Shown: one piece after another, positions 26,888 to 40,027 of the stretch | Layout of the letters: each line of letters opens with the position of its first letter | How positions within the stretch are numbered: the first letter of the stretch is position 1 | Assembly (NCBI RefSeq): GCF_009914755.1 | Contig: NC_060928.1 | Strand: one strand, 5' to 3' | DNA length: 64,000 bases | From: the human T2T-CHM13v2.0 reference genome, Homo sapiens | Program-made: the position numbers and the translations under genes | The notes under the pieces: model-generated | What the model was told of the DNA's origin: nothing | The model's database searches: none | Seen by the model: only the letters and a program-made list of their open reading frames with translations

Positions 26888-28589
26888 ACTTATTTATATA
26901 TTGTTTTTGTGAAAAATCAAGCATAAGGTATGAATGATTTAATTTCTTGTCAGATCTCACAAATTCAACATATAAATTAGAATGTAGTTCTAAGTATAAC
27001 TCGAGTTACTGAATTAGATAAATGCCATAAAGTTACACATGGAAGTCTAATATTTGTGCACAGCTATAAGATATTAGATAAGAATGGATAAAGAAAGAAT
27101 GGATAAAGGACTTGATTACAGGGCATGAAACTGTATTATAAATATATTGCAATAAAATATTGGATTGTCATAGCCATCAATTAGATCAGTGAAACTGAAT
27201 ATATGGCTCTGCTTTTAATTCTTGTGCTGGTCAATATTTTTTTTAAAAGTTTTAGTTCTTAATTCTTTTGAGAATATGAGGAAGTGTCCTCTTATATTTC
27301 TGGTAGAATTATGACTTGTCACAGCATTTGCCATAATCAGTCCTTCATTATTGACCAAAATTAGAGTAAAACCTACTGGGCAATAAGGAATCCAAATGTT
27401 TTGACTCTATTCTGTTAAAAAAAGAGAGCACCAGTAAGTAACAATATACATACACAGTTGTTTATTATAATACTTTTTATGATGACAGAAAATGACTTTA
27501 AATAAGCTGTGTGACTATCAATAATTTTTTTAAAGAATTGTGTTTCTCCTCTGTCATGACATGTCTTGAAGCCAAAACAAACACAAGTGAAAAATTAAGA
27601 TAAATATATATTAGGTAACCTAGAGAAATTTTCATTATGTGTTATTAAATAGCAATGCAAGGAATTTGACTATAAAATGATGACTGATTATAATTTGATG
27701 TTAGATTTGATCTCTATTGAAATTAATTTGCCATATTGTTCACTTTGTGTTTATAACAGATTTATGTGGTTATCTGTATGTATACATGCATATACTCGTT
27801 TATTTATCTTTTGTTTATTAAACTAACATGTCTGAAGAGCTTCCTCTGTGCTATGCACTGTTGTAGCTTTTCATATAAAGGAAAAAAGAAAAATCCCTGC
27901 CTTCATGGCTTTAGTTAGGTGGTGATGGGTATTGGGGAGGAAAAGAAGGCAAGATATTGATATAAGTGGAGGATGCTGTACAGTATTATATAGTCAATGC
28001 CAACACATTGATGCAACAATATGTTATCTTCCATCTCTGGTTCTAGTCCTTGCAGCAGTAATACTCCTACATCTGCAATCTCATTTACTCATCTTTTTAG
28101 AATAGGATTTTCTATAGGGCATTTCTCAAGACAACTTGACTATTTAATGATTTGTTATCAGAATTTGATCTCAATGCTGTTAGCCAGGAAAATTTCCCAT
28201 AACCTTTATTTTTGTAGGTACGTGTTATAAGGTCAAAAAGTCTGATCATCTCTGCATAATTATAATATGCCAAAATGTGTTTCTTATTTATTTTTTGTAT
28301 TCAAGATGAGTTTTCTTATACACAAGGGATCATTCTGATTGAAAACTTTTTCACATAGAATTTCTATGACTTTTGAAATATTTAATGTAAATTAAGGGGT
28401 TTGTGCAAGCTGAAGGCTGTCCACCTTCATTATATCGATGGGCTTTCTCCTCACTATTTTCTGCGACCGGGGTGAGAAGTGAACTTCTTATGGGCAATGT
28501 TTTTGTTATCTGTGAAGCACCAGGCCATTAGTTTTTTGCAATGACAGAGGAAAATAATCTAACCACCTAAAAAAAAATTGGACACATTT

Positions 28590-29082
28590 TACTCAGCTAT
28601 AGTTGCATAACAAACTATGCAACAAAACCTAGCAGATTAAAGCAATAGTTTTAATTTGCTCACTGTTTGTGGATGAGGAATTTAGGAGGTGCTTAGCCAA
28701 GTGGCTCACTTTTGTTTCCCATGATGTCAACTAAGGAGTCTCAGTGCCTGGAGGATCCACTTTCAAGGCTCACTCAAGTGTCTGGCACATTGATTCTGAC
28801 TTTGTACTGAGGCTTTCGCCAGGGATACCAACTGAATCATCAGCCAAGGGCTTTGGTTCCTCTTCATGTGAACCTCTATTTTTTTCCACATCTTACCATG
28901 AGAATTCCAAGAAGCTGCTAATCTTTTCATGCCTAGCCTCAGAAACCCCCAAAAGACCCTACAGTCACATTCCTTCTTTTAAGTAAGTCATGAATGTCAG
29001 CCTAGGCTCTAAGGTACTCCTCTTGGTAGGTAGTACTCTTGGGAGGAGTACTAAAAAGTTTAAGCCATCTTTAATTTACCAC
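28590..29082 (-). mobile_element. MLT1-family LTR
   Basis: gttgcataacaaacta...ttaaagcaa...ggaggatccactttcaagg...cctagcctcagaa...gccatctttaatttaccaca. Confidence 0.7.
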
Positions 29083-29417
29083 AAAAAAACTTGTTCTGTC
29101 TCTATTTCATAACATTTACCTGAAGTTCTAATGTAGACTTTCCTATCTGATATAAATTTAGTTTAGTTAATATCCTGTGCCTAAAGCTAGAAAATATCCA
29201 TTGTGTATACTAAGTATATTTAAAAATAACATTTTTTGACCGACAAAACATTTGGAAGGCTATGTTTCCTCTTATTATATTAATAAGAATTATAATTCTT
29301 AATAATAGGAAAATTTTCTATACTTTTTATGTGCTTTAATTCATTTAATATTCAAACAACTCTGTGTGCAAGTTAGTATTATCTAGATTTTCAAGATGAA
29401 AAGTGAGATATAGAAAT

Positions 29418-29803
29418 TCTGTTAGTACATTTTGCTTGCTATAAAAAATACCTTAGGCTGGGTAATTTATAATAAAAGAGTTATATTTGGCCCACAGTTC
29501 TTCAGATGGTACAAGAAGTATGTTGCCAACACCTGCTCAGCTTCTCGTGAGGTTTCAGGAATCTTACAATCATGGCAGAAGACAAAGAGGGAGAAGGCAT
29601 GTCACATGGTGATAGAAGCAGCAAGAGAGAGTTGGGGTAAGGGCCACATTCTTTTAAACAACCGGATCTTGCGTGAACTCACAGCAAGAATTTACTCATT
29701 ACTGCTAGGAGGGCTCCAAGGCACCATATGAGGAATCTGCTCCCATGACCCTAATACCTCCTAACAACCCTCACCTTCAACATTGTGGATTACATGTCAA
29801 CAT
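29418..29803 (-). mobile_element. MSTB-like LTR, missing its 5' terminal about 35 bp, within a MIR fragment
   Basis: aataccttaggctgggtaatttata...caatcatggcagaag...ctcccatgacc...tcaacat. Confidence 0.85.
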
Positions 29804-32134
29804 AGAAAGTGTCAGATCTAAGTTTCAGAAACAGGCAATTTGTTTCTATAGACTAAATATTTAACATCCTATTTCTTTTATAATATTGAAACAAAACACC
29901 ATGCATTAAAAAAAATCTGTCTTTAAGTGTACCTTGAAATCTCATTTCAAAATTCTGTCTCTTTCCCTTCAGGTAAATACCTAATTTAGGATTTAATCTA
30001 GCTATTGCTTGAGAAGATATCACTTGTGTTTATTTTATATTTATTCTACAAACTATAACCTAATTATAACAATGATGATATCTATATAAGCTAAAGAAGC
30101 AAGTCTGCCTTTCTTTGTAAGATACAACCTTTATTTTCCTTCTAACAGTTTCATCAGGATTACCAAGCTTTTATTTTGGCATTAAAACCATTAAATGTCA
30201 ATAAAAAGATACATGCGTTTGTAGTATTTTCAGTCGTTTTGCGTTTGTAATGTTTTCATCTCGTTTTATAAAAGCTTTTCTACAAAGACAGAATTGTTGC
30301 TATGTTGAGAACACTATAAAATATTTTCAGTAACATTAGAATAAATCTGTTTACGTATTTAAGAAACATTTGTTACATCCATTGGACACAGAATGCATTA
30401 TTTACAATTAGAAAAAGGAGATAAGACCGACACAAATTAAGAATACAAGTCAGTTTATTAAAAATATATATAGGAGTGAGTCAAATACATTTTCAACTAT
30501 TACCATGATAAGAATTTGAATCAATAGATATTATTTAATGGAATAAAGATAAAATCAAATAGTATTAAACATTATAAAATGTTTTAGGTCTACTTAATTC
30601 TTAGTTAATATTTTTCTTAGAGTGAAATTTTATTTGTTTTATAATGCTGGGAAGAAATTTTAAAATAATTATATTTCTACTGTAAAACACATCTTGTAGA
30701 AATTTCTTAGAAGCAATTAAAAGCACAAAACCTGTTATAGAGTGAAAAGGGCAGAATGATGTGCTGGAGAATGACATTTTCATAGCGAGAAATCTGAACA
30801 GATTTTTTAGCTGTACGTCATGTTAGGAAAACAGGAAGGATGCTTGTCTATAATAATACTGGTGATTTGAATGCAGGACGTATGTTGTTTGTGTAGTATA
30901 TGGAGCTTAAGAGTATTTTATTCTATGGATGCCAAACTGGTTTTAATGTCTAAAGCTCCTGAGTTGCTAAGCTGAACGTATGCATCTAGGCAGTTTACAG
31001 TGTTTTACAAGTGCAAAGAAATTTTCTTCAGCTGAGAGACTGAGACTAATTTTTAATATTATAAAACCTAGCCTGGACAAATATGTATATTTAATTGATA
31101 AGTTTTAAATTCTAAAAGTAAGGAAAATTACAACATTATTTTTTCCTTAGGTTGCAGATAACATAGGGTAAACTGTTTTGATCCTGTTTAAATTCTGGGG
31201 TTTATTAAACAAAAAATTGATCAGGTTGCAACAGAAGCTTAGATATTTAAAGTATGATTCAATTTGTAATTGTTCTGGAGCAATACATATTACTGCCTCT
31301 TATTGCATATTTTGATACCTGAAGTTTTTGTTCACAAATAAGATGTTATAAAACTGGTAATATTATTTGCCATGATAAATTCAATAACCTCAAGAATAAA
31401 TAAAACATAGCCCAGAAACAAAGAGGGGTTGAGTTAATGATTTAGTTTGGATATTTTTCTGGCAATGATGAACAAGCTTATCCAGGCTATTTCTGCCATG
31501 TCAAAGTGAGTCATCACCGTAGAATATCTCTATCTGATTATGGGAATTATACATTGCTCCATCTCTGGCTTGTTCTGCCTGCTTTAGCTCAGAAAGCAAA
31601 CCATACTATTGGAATTACATAGTATGTGACTAACTATGCTGTTCATTGGGTGAGTTATGTGGCAGTAGACTATAATTTATGGATTACTTATGTCTTTTCT
31701 ATTATGTAAAAAGGTTTATTTCCATCATCTTTTATAATTTTTACACAACTCTATGATATAGCTTTCCACTTTAAAGATGAGAACATGAAAGCTTATAGCT
31801 TCATGCACTTCATAAAACCAGGATTTGAACATTGGTCTACTTCATTCTAATACCTATTTTTAACTGCTCTATCATAGCACTTACAAATGATAATTCTCTT
31901 TCCAAGGAAAACATATCCACAGATGAGCTGAGAAGCTAGAGCACTCTAATTAGAGCCTACCGTTTTATTTCCTTGTGATACGTAAAAGACAATTTCTTTG
32001 GCTGTTTAGAAAAAAAATTGTAGCTTAACTTTGAAAAAATTGCATAAAAGACAGTGAGGTGATAAACATAATCTGGATAATAGTTATACCATAAGAAAAA
32101 ACAAAAAAGTGAGAGAAAGGAAAAAGAAAATTTA

Positions 32135-32586
32135 TATATAGTGGGTTGAATATAGTGCCTTCCCCAAATTCATGTCTACCTAGAAGCTCAGAATTTGACC
32201 TGATTTGAAAATATGGTCTTTACTAATGGAACTAATTAAGGATGTCAAGATGAAGTCATCCTTGATTCATCCTGGATGAAATAATCCTCAGCCTGAAATC
32301 AAATGACTGGTATCATTATAAGAGAAAGGAGAGGGAGATTTGTGCACAGAGAACAGGGAAGAAGATTATGTGAAGAGAGGGACAGAGATTGGAGTTCTGC
32401 TGCCACAAACCAAGGAAGGGCGGGAGCACCAGGCAGACTCTATTCTGAAGGTTGGAGAGAGAACATGGTCCTACTGATAGCTTTATTTTAGAATTCTGAC
32501 TTCCAGAACTGTCAGAAAATGAATTTCTTTGTTTTAACTCACGTAGTTCATAGTAATTTATTACCATAGCCCGAGGAAATCATATA
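32135..32586 (+). mobile_element. MLT1C-like LTR
   Basis: gtgggttgaat...ccccaaattcatgtctacc...cagagattggagt...ccagaactgt...tgttttaa. Confidence 0.8.
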
Positions 32587-32757
32587 AATTATTTTATTTC
32601 ATACAATTTGGGGATTGTTTCATGTACAAGCGGTGAAAAAGAATAGCCTCCTATTTATAAAATAAGAGAAATGTGCCTCACTGTGTGAAATCATAAAGAG
32701 TGTGTTGCTTTTAATAAGCAAATAAAAGTACTTTGGTTATGTGTTTGAATAAAGTGC

Positions 32758-32759
<2 letters not shown>

Positions 32760-32788
<29 letters not shown>
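32760..32788. repeat. (CA)n microsatellite
   Basis: About 14 CA units. Confidence 0.97.
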
Positions 32789-32790
<2 letters not shown>

Positions 32791-33007
32791 TCTCAATATA
32801 TCACAACATGATTTTTGAAAGTTTAACATTGATTCAACAAGCACAACAGCTACAATAGGGATGCACATTAATTACTAAGATGCTCCTTAGGCTCAGTCTT
32901 GCTTTAGGAAGACTTCTCTAGATAGATAGATGGATTTGAAAGGGTATACCTAGCGTAATTATATTAACAAACTTCCCTACTGCCAGTATATTCCTACATG
33001 TTTGTAT

Positions 33008-33008
<1 letters not shown>

Positions 33009-33043
<35 letters not shown>
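33009..33043. repeat. (CA)n microsatellite
   Basis: About 17 CA units. Confidence 0.97.
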
Positions 33044-33045
<2 letters not shown>

Positions 33046-33109
33046 ATAGCAGATAGATCTTGGCTGGGTCAAGTTTTTTTTTATTCGTGCAGGTTAGATC
33101 TTATTTAAT

Positions 33110-36100
33110 CAATAGCCTAATTGGTTTTTAGTTGGTTTATTCTATCAGCTATTGGATGAGATGGGTTAAAGCCTTCTTTTGTGACTGTGGATTTGTCCAT
33201 TTCTTCTTTTAGTTCTGTTAATTTTTCTTTACATATCGTGAACTATGGTATTGTACACATACAAGGTTAAGATTGTGATATCATCCTAAATTGTAGCTGT
33301 CTTATTCTTATGAAAGGTTTCTCTTCATCTCAATTAATTTTTATTGCTTTAGAGATTTATTTTTTTAGCTAACATTAAAATACACTTGACGTTTGAACAA
33401 CATAGAGGTTAAGAGTCCTGGCAATCCATACAGTAGAAAATCCATATATAACTTTTGACTCCCCCAAGACTTAACTACTAATAGCCTACCAATGACTAGA
33501 AGCCTTATGAATGACATAATTGAATATATATTGTAAGTAATATGTATTATATGTTGTATTTTTTAAAACAAACCATAAACTAGAGAAAAAATATTATAAA
33601 GAAAATAATAAGGAAGCAAAAATATATTTAGTATTAAAATATATTTAATATTTTTAAATGGAAGTGAATATCATAAAGGTATTCATCCTTGTTGCCTTCA
33701 CATTAAGTAGGCTGAGGAGGAAGAAGAACAGCAGGGGCTGGTTTTGCTGTCTCAGGGTGGGCGGAGGGAGAAGAGATGGAGAAGGTAGAAGAGGAGCAGG
33801 AAATGCAGGTACACATGTTGTAACTTTATAGAAATGCATGTTAATTTCTGTCTGACACTTTTGCTTTTTTGTTGTTCCAAACATGTTTCTTTACAGTACC
33901 GATATTTCCTTCAATATTTAACTTCAGTGTCAGTGTCCATATCATAGAAAGGTCCAGGTCACAAAAGAAGTCAAAAGCAGTCTTGAAAAATTAGAATCAT
34001 GCTGCCAGATTGTATGATGTCACGTTGTTTTCTGGCATTCCCTTCCTCATCATCTGGCACAAGTTTGAAAGTGCTTATCTTCATCAAGTCATCTTCTCTT
34101 AATTCCTCTGGTTAGTGTCTGTAAGCTCTTGAATTTTTCCAAGATCTCTATCTTCAAAGCTTTAACCTTTCATTTTTTGTGCTGTATCCACAATCTTTTT
34201 TCATAATTTTCTTGATAGACTGTGTTATAAATCTTATGAAGTCATGCACAACATCTAGATATAGCTTTCCCCAGAAGGAATTTATTGTTTTAGTTTTGAT
34301 GATTTCATGGCTTTTTCTATAATGATAGCATTTCAATGACACAATTCTTTCAGACTTTCATGATGTTCTCTTTGTTGGAATTCTCTTCTAGAACATTGAT
34401 AATTCTTTCCATGGAGAACCTTGTGTAATGAGCCCTAAGGGTCCTTATGATCCCTTGATCTAGAGACCGAGTTATAGATGTTGTATCTGGGGCAAGTAGA
34501 CTACTTCCGTGCCTTCAGTGTTAAACTCATGGGGTTCCGGATGACCAAGGGAATGATGCAATATCAAAATAACTTTAAAAAGCAGTCCCTTGCTGGCAAG
34601 GTACTTCCTGACTTCAGAGACAAAGCATCAATGGAAGCAATACAGAAAAAAATTTTCATTGACCAGACTTTCTTGTTGAACAACCAAAAAACTGGCTGCT
34701 AGTGTTTATCATTTCAAGAATCAGGATTAGCAGCCTTTGATAAGGGCAGTCTTGATTATAAACTCGATTGAGTTTGCATAACACAATACGATTAGCCTAC
34801 CATTTCCTGCCTTAAATCCTGTTGCTCACTTCTCTTCCCTACTAATATGTGTTCTTTTTGGCATCTCCTCCCCATAATATGTCACGTTTATCTACTTTAA
34901 AAATCGGTTAAGGCAGATATTCTTTCTCTTCAATGATTTTCTTAATGACATCTGGGAATTCACCCGCTGCCTCTTGATCAGCAGAAGCTACTTCTTCTGT
35001 TGTCTTGTCATATTTTAAGAAAAACAACTTTCTGAAATTATCAAGCCACACGTTGCTGGCATTAAATACTACAGCTTTAGATCCTTCCCCTTCCTTTTGC
35101 TTTAAATGGTCATATAATGACTTTGTTTTTCCTGAATCATATTAGATTCTTTAGGTATGCCTTTCTTATAGCAATCATGCACCCAGGTAAAAGCTGAATT
35201 TTCAATATGAGATAAAAAGGTATTTCACAAAAAGTGCAAGGATTTTGTGCCTGCTGGCATAGCTGCAGCAATGGCTTCATAATGTTTCTTTTCTTTTTTT
35301 TTTTTTTACAATGGTCATTATAGTGGATTCATTTATCTTAAAATGGTGGGCAACTGCAGCTGCGGACTTCAATCTTTCTTGTGACGTCATGACTTTTCTC
35401 TGCTTCTTGGAAGTGCTTCCAGCATCACTAATGGCATTTGGTAGAGGTCCCATGGTGTTATTTAAGGCTTATGGTATTGCATTAAACACCATGAAAAGAA
35501 AGAGAGAGAAATATGAGAGATCACCTTTTAACTGCAATATGCAATTTGCTGAATAGACAATTGGTCATGTATAGATGATTAAGGTCACATGACATTTTAA
35601 TCACATACTTGTAACATTTGAATTCACTACCATAGCAACAAGAAGTGGCTATGAAATTATGACAGTAGTATACTATGTACTACAGTTGATTATATGCAGT
35701 TATGATTTAATGCTGCATTTTTACATTTGTTAATTCTATTTTAACCTTTGTATTACTTTTGAAATGCATTGTACTTCAAGAAATATTTAAAATCTCTATG
35801 ACACTATTTTTTTCAGTTTTATTCAATTATGTGTTTATATTTACACATATATGAGCACTTTCTCTTCACTATTTCTTGCACTTTTCTGGAATCACTTTCA
35901 TTCTTCTAGAGGAACTGTTATGTATTTTTTATTGCCAACATGTTTGAAGATTAATTCATTCTAAAAAATCTTTTCTAAAAAGTGTGTTTAATTTGTGTTC
36001 ATTTAAAATAAATTTTCACTGGCTATAAAAATCTAGATTGAAGTGGGTTTTTTTCAGCAATTTAAATATGTCATTCTGTATTATGGTCAGCTCAATAATT

Positions 36101-36260
36101 ACTGAGAAATCCTTTGAAGATATTGAAAATTTTTTCCCTCATTGCTATTTTTCACTCAATATTTGCTTGGTTGGTTAATCTCTGGTTGCTTTTATTTTTT
36201 ATTATTTCTTTTGAATTTTCAACAAATATAATTAAATTATGATTTCCTTAGGTGTAAATA
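33110..36260 (-). mobile_element. Old L1M fragment hosting Tigger2
   Basis: Endonuclease-like L1 sequence at 33110-33380 and ORF1/inter-ORF-like sequence at 35740-36260 flank the transposon. Confidence 0.6.
33383..35731 (-). mobile_element. Tigger2 (pogo/TcMar) DNA transposon, near full length, with decayed transposase
   Basis: TA at 33381-33382 then TIR cacttgacgtttgaacaac; Tigger2a-like terminal sequence; transposase start at 35453 on minus strand (MGPLPNAISDAGSTSKKQRKVM); other TIR absent. Confidence 0.9.
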
Positions 36261-37175
36261 ACATTCAGTTGGAGAAAAGTTATGGCAGGTCCAAAACAAA
36301 GACTTGGGTTGGATCTGATTTTACTTAGGATGACAGAAAAAATGGAAGAATGTATTTTAAATAAGATAATAAATAATGTAAATATAAAAATCATGGTTAT
36401 ATATACATGAATTTTATTTTACAATAAGGTATACTTTACAAGAGATTTTTGTTAAAAAATGGGAAGATATCAAAGAATATTAAAATTTGGAAAGAAAATA
36501 GTAGGTATATAGAGAAAATGGGTAGAATTATTTTTCACTTTCTTCTGCATTACTTCTAAGAAAAAGTAATTTGGATGAGTAACTCATCCAAATGCAATGA
36601 AAACCTCAATTTATTCTCCACCAATTTACCCTTTAATAAAATAAATTCCAATGATAGCTGATTTATTTTGTAATGTCTCAAATGGACAAGTTTGATATAT
36701 ATTTTTGAAGTGAATATCCAGGACTTCATGGTGGATTGGATATGAAGGGGAGCAAGAGAAAGAGAAAGAAAGAGCAGAATTGAAAATTAAACTAATATTT
36801 AATTGACCAACATTATTGTTGGTCAATTAACTTGACCAACTGAGTAAGGTGATGTTGTTTGCTAAATTGAAGACCGTGGTGGGGAAACCCATTTGAGGTA
36901 GGAAATAATGAATACATCTTGGATATGTTAAGTTTGCCATTTGTGTGATTTACACAAGTGGCATTTTTGATATAAATATATTATTCAAAGGAATGTCTCT
37001 TCTTTGGGAAAATAAATTGAGTCATTTACATATGATTGGTGTTTCAAATACCTTATTCAGTTGCATGCACTCAGGACAGGTTAAGAGAAAGGAGCAAAGA
37101 GTCTCAATACCAAACACTCTGGAATTTAGAGATCAAGACTAGGAAAATAATCTCAAATCTCTGGTAAGAGAGTAA

Positions 37176-38876
37176 TGATGGCAGTGGTGGCTCATCTGGA
37201 GGAGCTGCTGCCATGACACCGTCTGCAATAGGGGAGGTGTGGCAGGGACTGTGGGCACCACAGAGCCTGAGGGAGCTAGGAACAGGCAGAAGCCCCACCT
37301 GCTTCCTAGTTGGCAGGGTGTGAGCCTCGTGCTCCCTGGGCACAGCTGCTGGGGGCCCAGCCATGGCTCTGGACCAGGACATCCCTGTGCTCTTGGAGGC
37401 TAGGAGCAGGCAGGAGCTCTACCATCCTGGGTGAAGTTGTAGCTGTTTGGCCACAGGTTTGGAAGTGCCTGCTCCCACTGCCTGGCCTCTTTCTGTTCCC
37501 AGTGCCCGCTCTGATCTTGGAACAAAGTTGAGGCCAAGCTTGGGTGCTATCACAACCTGGCCAGGTGCGCCCAAGCTCGAGACAGTGCTGACATGCCAGC
37601 CTCCTGCCACCTCAGCCCCCTCTAGACTTTGGGTGCCGATAAGACCAGGAAGGAGCCTGAGGGGGCACTGAGGGTGGCTTGGCACAGGCCTGCAGGTGCC
37701 CCTTGGCACAGCTTGGGGGATGGCAGGAGGCAGACAGGCTCCTGGGTAGAAAAAGGTAAGTCCCTGGTGAAGTCCCACCTTCAGGCCATGGATGGCCTAA
37801 TGCCTGGGGGCTGGGTTGATGGATGCGAATGGGAAGGCATGGTGCCTTTTCTGGGCCTACCCATGGCAGCCATTGAACAAAACAGCATGTACTTTCTCCC
37901 CTCTGAAGCCCATAAAAATCCGGGATTCAGCCAGACTTAGGGAGATGACCTGATGACCAGCTGTGGAGAGGAGCTACCCACTCCAGAGTCTTCTATCTGC
38001 CAAGAGCTGGGCAGATATTGGGACCACCAGCTGTGGAGAAGAGCTACCCAGTCCAGGGTTTCCTCTCTGCTGAGACCTTAGCAGATGTCGGGATTACCAG
38101 CTGAGGATAAGAGCTCCCCACTCCAGGGCCTCCTCTCTGCTGAGAGCTGAGCACTCGTTGGGACACCTTGCCTCTGGAGAGTAGCGACCCACTGTGGGTC
38201 TCCTCTGAGCTGTTCTGTTGCTCAATAAAGCTCCTCTTCACCTTGCTCACCCTCAACTTGTCCACATACCTCATTCTTCCTGGACACAGGGCAAGAACTA
38301 GGGACCTGTTGAATGGTGGAGGTAAAAGAGCTTTAACAAAAACAGGGCTGAAACTCCCCGTTGCTTGCCACACTGTGGGCAACAAGAAGGAGAGAAGAGA
38401 GAAGGAGAGAACATCTGTGGCCCTTTGGAGAGCACAGACCTAGGAGCTACCCAAGCCAGGGCTGTGATCCTCTCTCTGGAGCGCTGTGGTTCCTGGAGTC
38501 TTCAAGCTTCCGGGTGCCGCAGCACTCCCCATGCCAACCTTGGAAGCAGCTTGTGATATGTCTGGTTCAGCTGCAGTCTCATAAGGAGCTGGCATCCATG
38601 CCAGCACCTGGGGTTGCCTGTCCCACTGCAGGTGGCGTGCCTGACTGTGTGCAGTGGCTGGACCACCTGCTTGCTCACTCACACATTCCTGCTGCTTTGC
38701 ACCTGGCTTGCCCCCTGGAAGGCATGAGATTCTAGCCCGTAATGTGAGTCTAGTGCTGCCTGCCAAGCCAAGTGGGTAGAACAAGCCCAGGAGGCCCCAG
38801 TAAAAACTTGGGCAAAGGAACCACTGGCCGCAGAGGTTTCTGGCTGGTAAAGCAACACCCCAGGGATCCCATAATA
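37176..38876 (+). mobile_element. MER52 (A-like) solo LTR (ERV1)
   Basis: Starts tgatggcagtggtggc and ends caccccagggatcccataata; exact TSD GTAA at 37172-37175 and 38877-38880; internal accagctgtggagaggagctaccca repeats; aataaa near 38224. Confidence 0.9.
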
Positions 38877-39001
38877 GTAAGGAATCACAATCACTAAAAT
38901 AAAAGAGTGTTTCAAGAACAAAGCAGTGTTCAACATTGAACAAAGAACAAAGGAGTGTGTGAATTCAGGTTACCAAAGTGCCCATTAAGCATTGGAGCCA
39001 T

Positions 39002-40027
39002 AACAAAAGCAAAAATTGACAAATGTGACCTAATTAAACTGAAGAAATTCTGCACAGTAAAAGAAACTATCAACAGATTAAACAGACAACCTACAGAATA
39101 GGAGAAAATATTTTCTAACTACACATCTGACAAAGATGTAATATCCAGAATCTATAAGGAACTGAAACAATTTAACAAATAAAAAACAAATAACCCATCA
39201 AAAAATGGGCAGGTATATTAACAGACACTTTTCAAAAGAAGACATACAAGTGGCCAACAAACATATGAAAAAATGTTCCATATCACTAATCATCAGAGAA
39301 ATGCAAATCAAAACCACGATGTGATACCATCTCACACCAGTTCGAACGTCTATTATTAAAAAGCCAAAAAATAACAGATGCTGACCAGCCTTCAGAGGAA
39401 AGAAAATACTTACACATTCTTAGTTGGAATGTAAATTAGTTCAGCCCCTGTAGAAAGCAGTTTGGAGATTTCTCAAAGAACTCAAAACTACCATTAGGCC
39501 CAGCAATCCCATTGCTAGGTGTATATCCAAAAGGAAACAAATTATTCTACCAAAGACACATACACTTGCATATTCTTTGCAGCACCATTCACACTAGCAA
39601 AGACATGGAATTAACTTAAATGCCCATCACTGGTGAACTGGATAAAGGAAATGTTGTATACATACATCATGCAATACTATGCAGCCATAAAAGAGGACAA
39701 AATGATATTCTTTGCAGCAACATGGATGCAGCTAGAGGCCATTATCCTAAGCAAATGAATGCAGAAACAGAAATCCAAATACCACATGTTCTCAATTATA
39801 AGTGGGTGCTAGATATTAGATACACAAGAACATAAAGATGGCAACAATAGAAATTGAGGACTGCTAGATGGGAGAGGAAGTGAGGAGGGCAAGAGTTGAA
39901 AAACTAACTGTTGGATACTATGATCAATACCTGGGATCACTCATACCCTAAACCTCAGCATCATGCAATATACCCAGGTAATAAACCTGCACATGTACCC
40001 CTGAAGCTAAAATAAAAGTTGAAGAAA
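39002..40027 (+). mobile_element. L1PB3/4-like 5'-truncated LINE-1
   Basis: ORF2 C-terminus plus 3'UTR ending catgtacccctgaagctaaaataaaagttg; TSD aag(c/a)attggagccat at 38987-39001 and 40028-40042. Confidence 0.9.

Noticed and set aside
30753-30797. atgatg...ctga C/D-box-like pair
   Set aside because: Imperfect C box, too short, no terminal stem
37955-38200. Repeated about 30-bp units with spacers, superficially CRISPR-like
   Set aside because: Internal tandem repeats of MER52 in a primate genome; spacers are homologous to each other and there are no cas genes
37104-38943. Dense overlapping ORFs up to 167 aa
   Set aside because: Consequence of the GC-rich MER52 LTR having few stop codons; no protein motif
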